Positions 1 through 9,718 of a stretch of 64,000 nucleotides of DNA are shown here, piece after piece. This DNA is from an uncultured Gemmatimonadales bacterium (GTDB taxonomy: Bacteria > Gemmatimonadota > Gemmatimonadetes > Gemmatimonadales > GWC2-71-9). The position numbers and the translations under genes are program-made. Numbering within the stretch: the first letter of the stretch is position 1; the number at the start of each line of letters is the position of its first letter. The DNA lies in assembly GCA_963844035.1 (NCBI GenBank), contig CAWJMT010000005.1, positions 64,001 to 128,000 of the forward strand, in the 5' to 3' direction. A model generated the notes under the pieces. The model did not search any database. It was not told the origin of the DNA and saw only the letters and a program-made list of their open reading frames with translations.

Positions 1-586
1 CCCGCCGAGTCCCACCGGCCAGTTGATTGATGTGCCCTTGCCCGGCCTTCTGTGCCCACTCCGGGCTCACCTTCGAGAGGTAGTCCGTGAAGATGAAGCT
101 CGTGCCCGATCCGTCGGAGCGGTGCACGACGATGATGTCCTGATTTGGGAGCGTGACGCCCGCGTTGACGCTCGCGATGCGCGGGTCGCTCCACTTGGTG
201 ATCTTGCCGAGGAAGATGTCCGCCAGTACGTCCGGGGTGAATTTCAGGGGGGCGGAGACCCCTTCCAGCTTGTAGATCAGCACCACCGCGCCGAGCACGG
301 TGGGGATGTGGAGCACGTTGCCCTGGATCGCGGTGATGGCCGAGTCGGTCATCGGGGCGTCGGTGCCGCCGAAGTCCACCGTCTTGTCGGAGAACTGGCG
401 GATACCACCGCCTGAGCCGATCGACTGATAGTTGATCTCGATATTGTCGAACTTCTGATTGTAAGTCAGGACCCACGTCTGGTAGATGATGTTCGGAAAC
501 GTCGCGCCCGCGCCGTTCAGGCGCACCTGCGCCGTGAGCGGCATTGCGACGAGCCCGAGCAGGCTTGCGAGAATGGCCTTACGCAT
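1..586 (-). CDS. pstS: Phosphate ABC transporter substrate-binding protein PstS (runs off window start)
   Basis: Manual translation MRKAILASLLGL...LNGAGATFP...YQSIGSGGGIRQF...DFGGTD...VHRSDGSGTSFIFTDYL shows canonical PstS motifs; GGAG RBS upstream. Confidence 0.95.
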   Translation of the reverse strand, partial: MRKAILASLLGLVAMPLTAQVRLNGAGATFPNIIYQTWVLTYNQKFDNIEINYQSIGSGGGIRQFSDKTVDFGGTDAPMTDSAITAIQGNVLHIPTVLGAVVLIYKLEGVSAPLKFTPDVLADIFLGKITKWSDPRIASVNAGVTLPNQDIIVVHRSDGSGTSFIFTDYLSKVSPEWAQKAGQGHINQLAGGTRR

Positions 587-600
587 GGTTCCGGGACTCC

Positions 601-1819
601 TCAGAAGTTGGATTGCCAGGAAAACTTGAGCTCTTTCGCGGTGCGCGACTCGCCCGTGATGTCCTTGTACATGTAGAGATCCAGGCCGGCCCGCAGCTGG
701 ACGCTGTTGGCGAAGTAGATGTTGAGGACAGGCGTGATGAGGACGCCCTGATCGTTGTCCGTGTCGGTGTTCGGGTCGGTGAAGTCGAGTCGGACGGCAG
801 GCTCGATGATCTTGATGATGCGCGTGTCGGAGCCCTTGGTCGCGACGCGATACGCCACGATAAAATGCCAGCCCATGAACTTCACGATGTTCGAGTCCGC
901 GCTGTTCCGCAGGTTGGCGGTGTTGCGGCCAGTGTTCACGCGGAGCTGGGCCGCGGCGGCGCCCTGGACGATCGGGACGTTGTCACCGGCCGCGAAGTCG
1001 GCGATGACGTGCAGACCCGGGCGGTAGCCACCCCATTCGGCGTCGATGCCGAACGCCGTGGTGGCCTTGGACGAGTCGGCGAAGAAGGTGGGGGCTGCCG
1101 GGATCGCGCCGGCCGGGCAGTTCGAGCAGATCGCACGGTCGCGCGAGCCAAACGACGCACCGACCTGGAGCATCGGTTGTTTGTCCTTGTTCTGTAGCGC
1201 GACGGCGGTGGCCCGTCCGAAGAAGCTCTTCGCGTTGTTGACGTCGGTGGCGCTCTCACGCGAGCCGCCCTGGACGACACCCTTGATGAAGAACTTGTGA
1301 TCGTTGCTCTCGAGCTCCACGCCGGCGCCGAGATCGTGGGACGCATAGCCGTTTTGCGCCAGCACGTCGTTCAGGCCCTCTTTGCCAGAGAGTCGCAGAA
1401 TCCGCACGCCGCGCTCGATCGACAGCAGGTTGTTGGAGCTGATCAGCTCGTAGCGCTGGAACGGCGACTTTTCCTGTCCCATCACGACGAACACGTTGCG
1501 CGTGAGGCCGACGCGCAGGAACGCGTCGCGCATCCGCAGCGCTCCCATTTCGAAGCTCGGCTGGATGACCAGGTTGATGTTGTCGCCGAACCGCACGTTG
1601 GTCTGGATGCGGAGCCGGCGGACTTCGAAGATGTTGTTCACGCCGGTCGAGTTGTAGCCGACCCCCCCGCTGAGGGTGGAGTCACCCGACGAATTGCGGT
1701 ACTGCACCTGGACGCGGCCCTGCACCTGGATGTTCGGGGCCTGCGCGGCGAGCGATGCGGCGCCGAGCGACGGCGGCCACGACGATGATCGATACACGGC
1801 TAAACAGTCCTGTGTGCAC
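601..1819 (-). CDS. Phosphate-selective porin (OprO/OprP-like) outer-membrane beta-barrel
   Basis: FEVRRLRI and LRMRDAFL...GQEKSPF motifs; C-terminal Phe (WQSNF); directly upstream of pstS; probable GTG start at 1819 with an indel in the signal peptide. Confidence 0.75.
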
Positions 1820-1898
1820 GGTGAGCTCCCCAAGACAGAGTAGTAGACGGACGACACGCACAACGTGGCCGCACGCCATCACCGTCAGGTGGCAGCAA

Positions 1899-1915
1899 TG
1901 TCACGGATGTGTAAC
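1899..1915 (-). promoter_or_regulatory. Candidate Pho box (GTTACA-catcc-GTGACA)
   Basis: 11-bp-period direct repeat upstream of the porin-pstS unit. Confidence 0.7.
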
Positions 1916-1923
1916 GAGGGAGG

Positions 1924-1955
1924 CAGGTAGCGGAGCCGAGTGGCCACCGCTCCCG
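1924..1955 (-). terminator. Imperfect hairpin after porin 2, related to the 3079-3112 hairpin
   Basis: caggtagcggagccg arm is identical to the one at 3079. Confidence 0.45.
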
Positions 1956-1966
1956 TGGGAAGCTGG

Positions 1967-3007
1967 CTAGAAGGTGAACTGAGTTTGAAAGAGCGCCTGC
2001 GAGCGGGCCGCTTCCTGCGCCGCCGTGGGCGTGCCCTGGTAGTCGACGATGTCCAGATCGACCAGGAGCCGCCAATTGGGATGGATCTGATACGACGCAC
2101 CGCCGATGTAGCGGATCTGCTGATCGGTGCCGTTGCCGGCCTGAGGGTTGAAGATGTCAACGCGGCCGAGCACCGCGGCCTTCGAGTTCTTGAACTTGTA
2201 CACCCCGAACGCGCTGTACAGGTGGCCGTTGGTCGGCACTCGCACGGGGGCGGTCACCGTATCGTGCGTGAGCGCCATTTCGGCGGCGAGGGTGGCCTGT
2301 TTCGAGCGGTAGGAGAGCATCGTCAGGAGGTAGCTTCGCTCGCCCCCCGACGTGGGCTTTCCGTACTGACCGTAGAGCGAGAGGCGGAGGCCGCCGACTC
2401 TGCTCGAATCGTCGGTGCCCATGAGCCGTGCGGACACGCGACCCATCAGGTCCTTGCCCTGATCCCCCGTGCCACGGTTGTAGTTGTCGCCGTTTACCAA
2501 GGTGACCTGCATGTTCACCTTGTCGGGACCCCACTTGCCGTCGATACCGGCGCCGAAGTCAGCCGACGCGATGTACCCGTTGCGCTCCATCGCGATCTGC
2601 CCCTGCATCCGGTAGTCCCACAGCGTTTCTTCCCAATCGACCCAAGGGGTGTGGATGAGGCCGAGCTTGAAGGTCAGCGGGCTCTTCCCGGGGGTGTAGG
2701 CGACATACGCGTACTTCAGTCGGTAGGCGCGGGAACTGTCGGCGTTGTTGAAGATGTCGGCCGTGACGCGCGTGTACAGGCCGCCCGAGAACTTCCCGAT
2801 CACGTTGATGTAGGCGCGGGTCACCTCGAATCGATTGAGGTGATTCGCGGTGTCGTTGAGCTGGTACAGGAACTGGGTGTAGACCAACCCGCCCACGGTG
2901 ATCGGCGATGGTGGGGACGGGGCGGGGGTTTGCGCAGCCACAGCCCCGACGCCCAGCGTAGAGAGGACGACCACAAGGGAACGCCAGCGAATCTGTCTTG
3001 CGTGCAC
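1967..3007 (-). CDS. Outer-membrane porin-like beta-barrel protein
   Basis: Signal peptide, FEVTRAYINV and RLKYAYV motifs, C-terminal TQFTF; GTG start with GAGGAG RBS. Confidence 0.7.
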   Translation of the reverse strand: MHARQIRWRSLVVVLSTLGVGAVAAQTPAPSPPSPITVGGLVYTQFLYQLNDTANHLNRFEVTRAYINVIGKFSGGLYTRVTADIFNNADSSRAYRLKYAYVAYTPGKSPLTFKLGLIHTPWVDWEETLWDYRMQGQIAMERNGYIASADFGAGIDGKWGPDKVNMQVTLVNGDNYNRGTGDQGKDLMGRVSARLMGTDDSSRVGGLRLSLYGQYGKPTSGGERSYLLTMLSYRSKQATLAAEMALTHDTVTAPVRVPTNGHLYSAFGVYKFKNSKAAVLGRVDIFNPQAGNGTDQQIRYIGGASYQIHPNWRLLVDLDIVDYQGTPTAAQEAARSQALFQTQFTF

Positions 3008-3040
3008 GGTGATCTCCTCAGGGAAGGGGTCGTCCAGTAG

Positions 3041-3057
3041 TGCCACGGGATTCTAAC
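3041..3057 (-). promoter_or_regulatory. Candidate Pho box (GTTAGA-atccc-GTGGCA)
   Basis: 11-bp-period degenerate repeat upstream of porin 2. Confidence 0.5.
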
Positions 3058-3070
3058 GGCGGCCGGGAGG

Positions 3071-3112
3071 CAAGAAAACAGGTAGCGGAGCCGTGTTGGC
3101 CTCCGCTACCTG
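3071..3112 (-). terminator. Rho-independent terminator
   Basis: caggtagcggag/ctccgctacctg stem followed by TTTTCTTG on the minus strand. Confidence 0.8.
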
Positions 3113-3165
3113 GCACCCGGACAGCACGGCCGTGCAACCGGTCGCCGGGCGTCGCTCGGGAACGT

Positions 3166-3746
3166 CTAGAGCTTGTTGGCGAAGCTGACGAACTTGAACC
3201 GTTCGCCGCGTTCGAGGATGGGCCCGAACAGACGCTCCTGCGTTGCGACCAGCGCACGACGTCCACACCGTATTCTCTCCCTGGTGGCTCGGCGCGTCGT
3301 CGCAGGCGTAGCCGACGTAGCCGAGCGAGCGACCGCCCCGCTGCTCAAGGGCGCGCATCAGTCCCTTGCGACTGCCTTCCTGCATCAGAGAACCACATCA
3401 GCCCCGGGCTGAGGTCGTACGGTGGCCTGGGCCTCGGGGTTGGTGGGATAGTACAGGTAGGCGAACTCGGCACGGTTGATGGCGAGGGCGGCGAGGGCGG
3501 CGGTGTCCGACCGCTCCAACGCGCGGACGTAGCGCTCGACCAGCGCGTCGCGGGTCGGGGCCGCGTCCACGAGTCCCGACGGTTGCTCGAGCCCGGCGCG
3601 AAACCGTGCGAGCTCGACGTCACGCGGAACGACGCTATCCACGTGCTGCGGCGGGGCGGCGGCGGCTTGCGCCGGCTGCCGCCGGCAGGCGCCGGCGGCA
3701 GCAAGCAGGCTGCAGCAGCATGCGAGCGGAGCACCGGTGCCTTCAT
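3166..3746 (-). CDS. Hypothetical exported protein (frameshifted across several ORFs)
   Basis: Consecutive fragments DSVVPRDVELARFR...AEFAYLYYP / PYDLSPGLMWF / GYVGYAC / RLFGPILERGERFKFVSFANKL. Confidence 0.6.
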
Positions 3747-3749
3747 CGC

Positions 3750-5196
3750 TCAGTTGATCGCGTAGGCTGGTCCACCCCTGCCACCACTTGGCACCGGCGG
3801 GGTCGGCGGCGCCGAGGTAGGTCGGTATTCACCCACGTGCCGCCGAAGTAGCTCGCGACGCGGGCGGCTGGAGCGGTGCCGCCGCCCGACGTCGCAGGTG
3901 AGCCGGCCTTGGGCGTCCAGTCGAGTCCGGTCGGATTCACGTTGATGCCGAGCAGCGTGTCCACCGCGACGTTCGCCGCGTACTGCTTCAGGGTGGCGAG
4001 GCGGCCGGCATCCCAGTTGGTGGTCTGCGCGAAGCCCGCGCCGACGGTGTCGAAGTTGAAGCCGTTCTGGGCGACCAGGAGGTTCGTGATCTGGAGCGAG
4101 TCCTTGCCGCCCGACGCGACGAACAGCGAGTCAGACCAGGCGTCGCGGATGTTGATCGCGATGCCCTTCCAGCGGGCGAGGACACCGTTCATGAACGTCC
4201 CGCCGGTGCCGCGGCGCCACACGCCGCCGTTCCCGTCGGCGGGAATGCTGGCGAGCTGCCCGGGGCCGATGAACGTGAAGTTCGCGACCACCGGGTTCGA
4301 GTACGGCGTGCTCGCCCCGGTCGCCGTGACGACGCACCCGCTCACGGTCGGGTCGCAACCGTCGCCCTCGAAGCCGCGGGGATCGGTCGAGAAGACGCCG
4401 GCGCCGGAGGCGGGAATGAGGCGCTGGGTTTGCAGGGCGATGACGAACTGGCTGCGTCCCACGTAGCCTTCGGTCCAGTCGAAGTGATCGTCGCCCGACT
4501 CGTACGACACGAGGTATCGGGTGTCGACGGCGCCACCCCAGAACTCGAAGGAGTCGTCGAGGCCCGCCATCGTCTGGATGTACTCGTAGGTCGTGCCGCG
4601 ACCCACGGCGTAGGACGACAGCGAATTCAGCTCCTGCCCGGCGCCGTTCGAGATATCGTAGCCGGCGAACTCGATGCGGACGTAGCGCAGCACGCCGCTG
4701 TTGTCGTTGTTGTCGGTGCCGCCGGCGTAGTTCTCCGCCTGGCCGGCTGCTCCGCCCTCGGTGAGGATCGTGGCCCCGGTGCGGTTGATGATCCCGTTGC
4801 CGATGACGATGATCCCGCCCCAGTCCCCTGGTTTCCGGTTCCCGACGGCGCGCTGCGACGTGAAGACGATCGGCGCGGCGGCGGTGCCGCTCGCCATGAT
4901 CTTCGCGCCGCGCAGGATCCACAGGGAGCTCCCGAGGACGGTGGTATCACCCACGATCTTCGTGCCTGCCGGGATCGTCAGGGTGGCGCCGTTCGTCACC
5001 TTCACGTAGCCGCTGAGCGTGTACACGGTGTCCTTCGAGAGCGTGCGGCTGGCGGTGATGTTGCTGTTGATGACCGACGCACCGTCGTCGGCGTCGGATT
5101 GGGGTTAGTGGGGGAGTCGTCATCTCCGCAGCCCGCCACGGCGCCGAGCAAAACGGCCGTGGCAACGGGAAGGAGCATTCTCGGCAGGCGCATCAT
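3750..5196 (-). CDS. Surface lipoprotein, predicted beta-helix, partner of the TonB receptor
   Basis: Lipobox VAGC; PGDWGGIIVIG, NSGVLRYVRIEFAG and DDSFEFWGG...DDHFDW motifs; indels near both ends. Confidence 0.75.
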
Positions 5197-5227
5197 GATT
5201 CAATCCTCTCGGTTGGGGTGAAGGACA

Positions 5228-8022
5228 TCACAGCGTCCAGGTGACGCCCAGGCTGACCACTCGGCCCGTCGTATAGCGCAGCCGCATGACGGATCCCTGG
5301 ACCATTTGATACGGCGAGTCGAGCAGGTTCTTGCCGTCGAGTCGCATCGCCAGCTGCGGCGTGACGAGCACCTGCGATGAGAAATCGACGACGTGCCGGG
5401 GCTGGTCGTACGCGTCCGGCACCGGCTGTTGCCCGACCTCGGCGACCCGCCGCCCCACGACGTTGTACAGGCGCGGTGGCGCTGATGCGGCCCCCGCTGC
5501 TGGCGTACGACATGCCGAGGTTCACGACGTAGGGGGCCTGGCCCTGCATCGGGCGCTCCGAGCTGGTATTGCTCGAGATGCCCTCGTTGCCCGGCCGGAT
5601 CTGGCTGTGCATCAGCGTCGTGTTGGCGAACAGCGTGATTGGCGTGAGCGCATGGCGCGATCGCACGCAGGTTCTTGCGGACTTCCAGCTCGACACCGTA
5701 GTTCGAAGGCGCCGTCCGCGTTGACGAACTGCAGCGAGGACGTCCCCGTCGATCCCGACGATGACCTTCTCGATCGGTTGATCGAACGTTTTCGCAAACA
5801 CGCCGAGACTCACGACCTCGGCGGACGTGGGATACCACTCCCAGCGGACGTCGTAGTTCTGAATGAGCACGCGCTGCAGGGACGTGTCACCGGCGATGAT
5901 CAGCCCCTCGAACCCGTTTTGTGCGTAGCGGATGGGCGAGATCTCGCGGTATTCGGGCCGGGACAACGTCTGACTCGCCGACAACCGCAGGTTCTGCGAC
6001 GGCGTGAGCCGGTAGGTCAGCGCGGCTGCGGGGAGGAAGTCGAGGTACTCGTGCACCGGGTCTGTCTTGGTCCCTTGCGCATCCTGCGTGTGCAGCTCCA
6101 CGCGACTGTTCTCGGCACGCAGGCCGGTGATCACGCGGGTGCGCTCGCCGAGCGCGAACTCGAGCTGGACGTAGCCGGCGCCCAGGTGGTCGTTGGCGGT
6201 GTAGTAGCCACCGTTCGAGTTGAGGAGCAGCAACATCCGGCTGCTCGCGGCGTACGCGCCGTCGAAGATCGTCTCGGGCGCCTGGGCGCGCTCCTGATCG
6301 GAGAGGTCCAGGTTGTCGATCTCGAACGGGCGAGTTTCTTCCGTCCGGTCCACCGCGCGGTAGACGCCGCCGAGCTTGAGCGCGCTTCCGCGACCCGGCT
6401 CTCCCCAGGACAGCTTGTAATTCCCTGACAGCTCGAGTGCGCTTCTCGTGCAGGTCGCCGAACGTCCGTACCGCCGATCGGGATGCGCCCCACCACGCGA
6501 TCGGCTGCGACGTGCGCGCAATCGTATCGAGCGTGGCGGTATAGATGATCTCGGAACGGTCGGGCTCATAGCGCCGTACGGACGAGCTCGATACCGACCA
6601 GTCCACCATGTTCCGCGCGCCCAGATGGTGTTCCGCGTGGAGCTGGGTCGAGCGGACGTAGCGCTCCGTGAACGTCAGGCGCGTGATGTCGAGGCCCGGT
6701 AATTGCGAGAACTCTTCGGTCGTCCCGGCCAACCGGGTGGCCTGGTTGTCGGCGGTGCGACTGTACGTATTGTTGAGCCCGACCTTGGTGGAGCCGAGCT
6801 CGGCGGTGACGATTGAAAATCCCACCCCAGAGCACCCCCGCCGTCGCCGGTGGAGCCGTAGTAGGAGTTCAGGGGTCGCGCGCCGCCGTTGCCGTCGGCT
6901 ACAGCGACCGAATGCTGCTCGTCGGTACGCACGTCCTGGCTGGTCGAGTAGCTGAGCGATCCCAAGTAGCCCAGGGGGACGCTGCCGACCAGACCGCGAC
7001 CGCCGGCGGAGAGACCGAGTGAGCCGATGCCGGGACCCGCGGCGTTGCGGGCGGACCAGGCGTTCCGGAACGACCCGATGACCGCGTCCATTTCGGACCG
7101 GCTGAGTCCGGCCATGTCGGGTGGGCCGTGCAGCGGATCCGCCGGCGCGCGGAATCGCGCGCGCGCTGCCGGCGAACCCGAGCCATTCGGGGCCGACGGT
7201 CGGGGCGATCGGAATGTCCACCCGGGTCGCTCCCGTGTTCCCGCCGCCCGACATGGAAAACGTGAGCATCCTGCGGAGCGGGAACTCGCGCGTCTTGAGG
7301 TTCACCGACGCGCCGCTGAAATCCCCCGACTGGTCCGGCGTGAAGGTCTTGGACGTGGTGATCGACTCGAGCAGGCTCGATGGGAAGAGATCGAACGGCA
7401 CCACCTTGCGATCCGGCTCGGGGCTCGGGACGCGCGCGCCGTTCAGCGCCGTCGTGGTGTAGCGCTCGCCCAGTCCCCGCACGAAGACGTACTTGCCGTC
7501 CTCGACGCTCACGCCGGAGACACGCTGCACCGCCTCGCCCGCGTCGGAGTCGGGGCTCTTGCGGATCTGCTCTTCAGTTACCGCATTGGTGATCTGGTCG
7601 GCGTTGCGTTGCTCGTTCAGTGCGGAGCTCACCGAGCCGCGCTCCTGCTCGGCGGTCACCGTGACCGCCTCGAGCTCCACGGCCGCGCCCGCGAGCGTGA
7701 CGTCGAGCGTCGTCGTCTGACCGGCCACGACCGACACACCGGTGACGAACTTCGCTGCGCGTCCGATCGTGCGGGCGCTGATCGTGTAGATGCCCGGACG
7801 CACGTCGGCCAGGATGTACCGGCCGGACCAGTTGCTGATGACGGTGATCGTGGTGCCTTCGACGGTCACCTGGGCGCTGGGGATCCCGTCGCCCCGCTCC
7901 GCGTCGACGACGCGGCCGGCGATACGGCCGACCGCCGCGCTCGAGTCCTGCGCGTGAAGCGGTGACGTGATCGCAAGGAGGCCCAGCAGCAGGATTGGGG
8001 CTCGGAATGACGATGGTGACAT
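5228..8022 (-). CDS. TonB-dependent receptor with N-terminal carboxypeptidase-regulatory-like domain (frameshifted)
   Basis: Plug motifs QRVSGVSVEDGKYVFVRGLGERY and VPFDLFPS; barrel motif SQTLSRPEYRE...NYDVRWEWYP; C-terminal GRVVSLGVTWTL. Confidence 0.9.
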
Positions 8023-8070
8023 GACGCTCCCATGCACGGGTGGTTGCATGAAGAAGCGAACGCACGCGCG

Positions 8071-9214
8071 TCACGAGAGCGGTGGAAAGCGGTAACGGTT
8101 TGGTAACAGAGGCGACGCGCGGACGGCTCGCGCGCGTAGCGGCGGGGCTACGCTCGGTCGGAGCGGACGGCCTGACGCGGTGCTGAGCAGCAGCGGTGCG
8201 GCGGGGCGGGCCAGGGCGGCAGCCAGGCTCACGACCCCGGCTTGCAGCTCGGCCTGCGATTCGCGCTGCCGCTCTTCTCCGAACGCGCTGAACGCGTCTT
8301 GCTGCGCTTGTTGCGCGAGCCGCGCGAGGGCGAGCACGCCGGTGGTCGCCGCGAGCGGCCGCTTCCGCGAGGCGGGCGCGCGCCGGGGCGCGCGGGCGAT
8401 GGTGAGATCGTGCTGCCGCCGCGCCCGCTCTGCTGCGGCGTCGGCCACGGCATCGGCCAGCTCCGCGCTCAAGACCTGGAGATCGTGCAGGTCGCCGAGC
8501 TGCGTCTGGATCGCCTTCAACCGGATCAGGAGGGCGGCCGCTCCCGGGTGGGCCTCCGCGAGCGGCTCCAGCAGGTAGCGCAGGTGCTTGGCGACGAGGC
8601 GGATCCCGTGAGCGGTCGATTCGTCGCCCGCGGACTGGAGCGTGGAGATCTCCTGGGCCAGCAGGGCGGCCTGCTCCGTCAGCAGGCCGGCGGCGACCGC
8701 ACCGAAGGTTGGGACGACGCTCGCCGAGCCCGCCGGAATGTTGCCGGCGGCCCGCAGCGCCTTCCGCAGCCGGCGCTCGAGGCGTTGAAACTCCGATGCG
8801 AGCTCGTCCTGGATCTGTTCGTACGCACGGTCGCGGCGTTCGGCGAGTCGCGCCAGCAACCATGGGACGCCCGCGCGCTGGCCGCGCTCCTAACCTCCCC
8901 TCCAGCGTTTTCACCGCAGCGATCAGGACCTCGGCGTCGCGTCCCGCCGCCGTGGCGCGCGTCAGGTCGCGTAGACGATTGCGCAACTTCCTGGGAACGG
9001 CGTGATCGAGCTCGGAGCGGAAGCTGCGCAACGTGCTGCGCAGGCGGCGGACGGCGACCCGGAAATCGTGCAGTGCCTCCGTGTCGCTCGGGTCCGCGAC
9101 GCGTTGCGCCGCGGTATGCGCGGCGTCGACGTGCACCTGACAAACGAGCGCGGCCGCCTCCGGGGCGGAGCGCGTGGTAAGGTCAGCCGGGTACTCAGCC
9201 ACGATCGGCACCAA
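8071..9214 (-). CDS. CHAD-domain (polyphosphate-binding) protein (frameshift ~8880)
   Basis: EALHDFRVAVRRLRS, RDAEV, HGIRLVAKHLRY and QTQLGDLHD motifs. Confidence 0.85.
8091..8107 (-). promoter_or_regulatory. Candidate Pho box (GTTACC-aaacc-GTTACC)
   Basis: Perfect 11-bp-period repeat upstream of the TonB receptor. Confidence 0.75.
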
Positions 9215-9710
9215 GCCGGCGCAGGTGCTTGGGGCCGAGAAACCAGTCGAGCGTTGCCCCGCCGCGGGCGACGGGGCCGGTGAACTCGAGCAGGCACGCC
9301 GCGCCTTTTCGGAACTCGAGGAAGGGCCCGTTGGTGCTGGCCAGGAGGGCGCAGACCATCCGGCTCAGGTCCGGTTCGTGGCCCACGAGCGCGGCCGTGC
9401 CCCGCCCCGGGAGCCCGGCGACCCAGGCGAGCACCCGATCGATCGCGGTGCCCGGCGCGAGCTCCGCCACCCGCTCGACGGTGAGCCCGCCGTACACGCG
9501 CGCGACGATGTCCGCCGTGTCGAACGCGCGTTTGAGCGGGCTCGACGCGAGCAAGTCGATGGTCGGCACGATCTCCTTCAGGCCAACGGCGCCGCGACGC
9601 ATCTTTTCGCGGCCCTCAGGAGTCAGCGGCCGGGCTGCGTCATCGCGCTGCTCGCGCGCGAAGTCCTCCCGGTCTTCGGCAATGGCGTGACGGATGACGA
9701 GCAGGCGCAC
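9195..9710 (-). CDS. sixA: SixA-type histidine phosphatase
   Basis: LLVIRHA, RPLTPEG, SSPLKRA and LVGHEP motifs. Confidence 0.85.
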   Translation of the reverse strand: MRLLVIRHAIAEDREDFAREQRDDAARPLTPEGREKMRRGAVGLKEIVPTIDLLASSPLKRAFDTADIVARVYGGLTVERVAELAPGTAIDRVLAWVAGLPGRGTAALVGHEPDLSRMVCALLASTNGPFLEFRKGAACLLEFTGPVARGGATLDWFLGPKHLRRLGADRG

Positions 9711-9718
9711 CGGAAGTC

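Noticed and set aside
1924..3112. c-di-GMP-I riboswitch suggested by GGTAGCGG
   Set aside because: The other aptamer elements are absent; the sequence is explained as terminator stems
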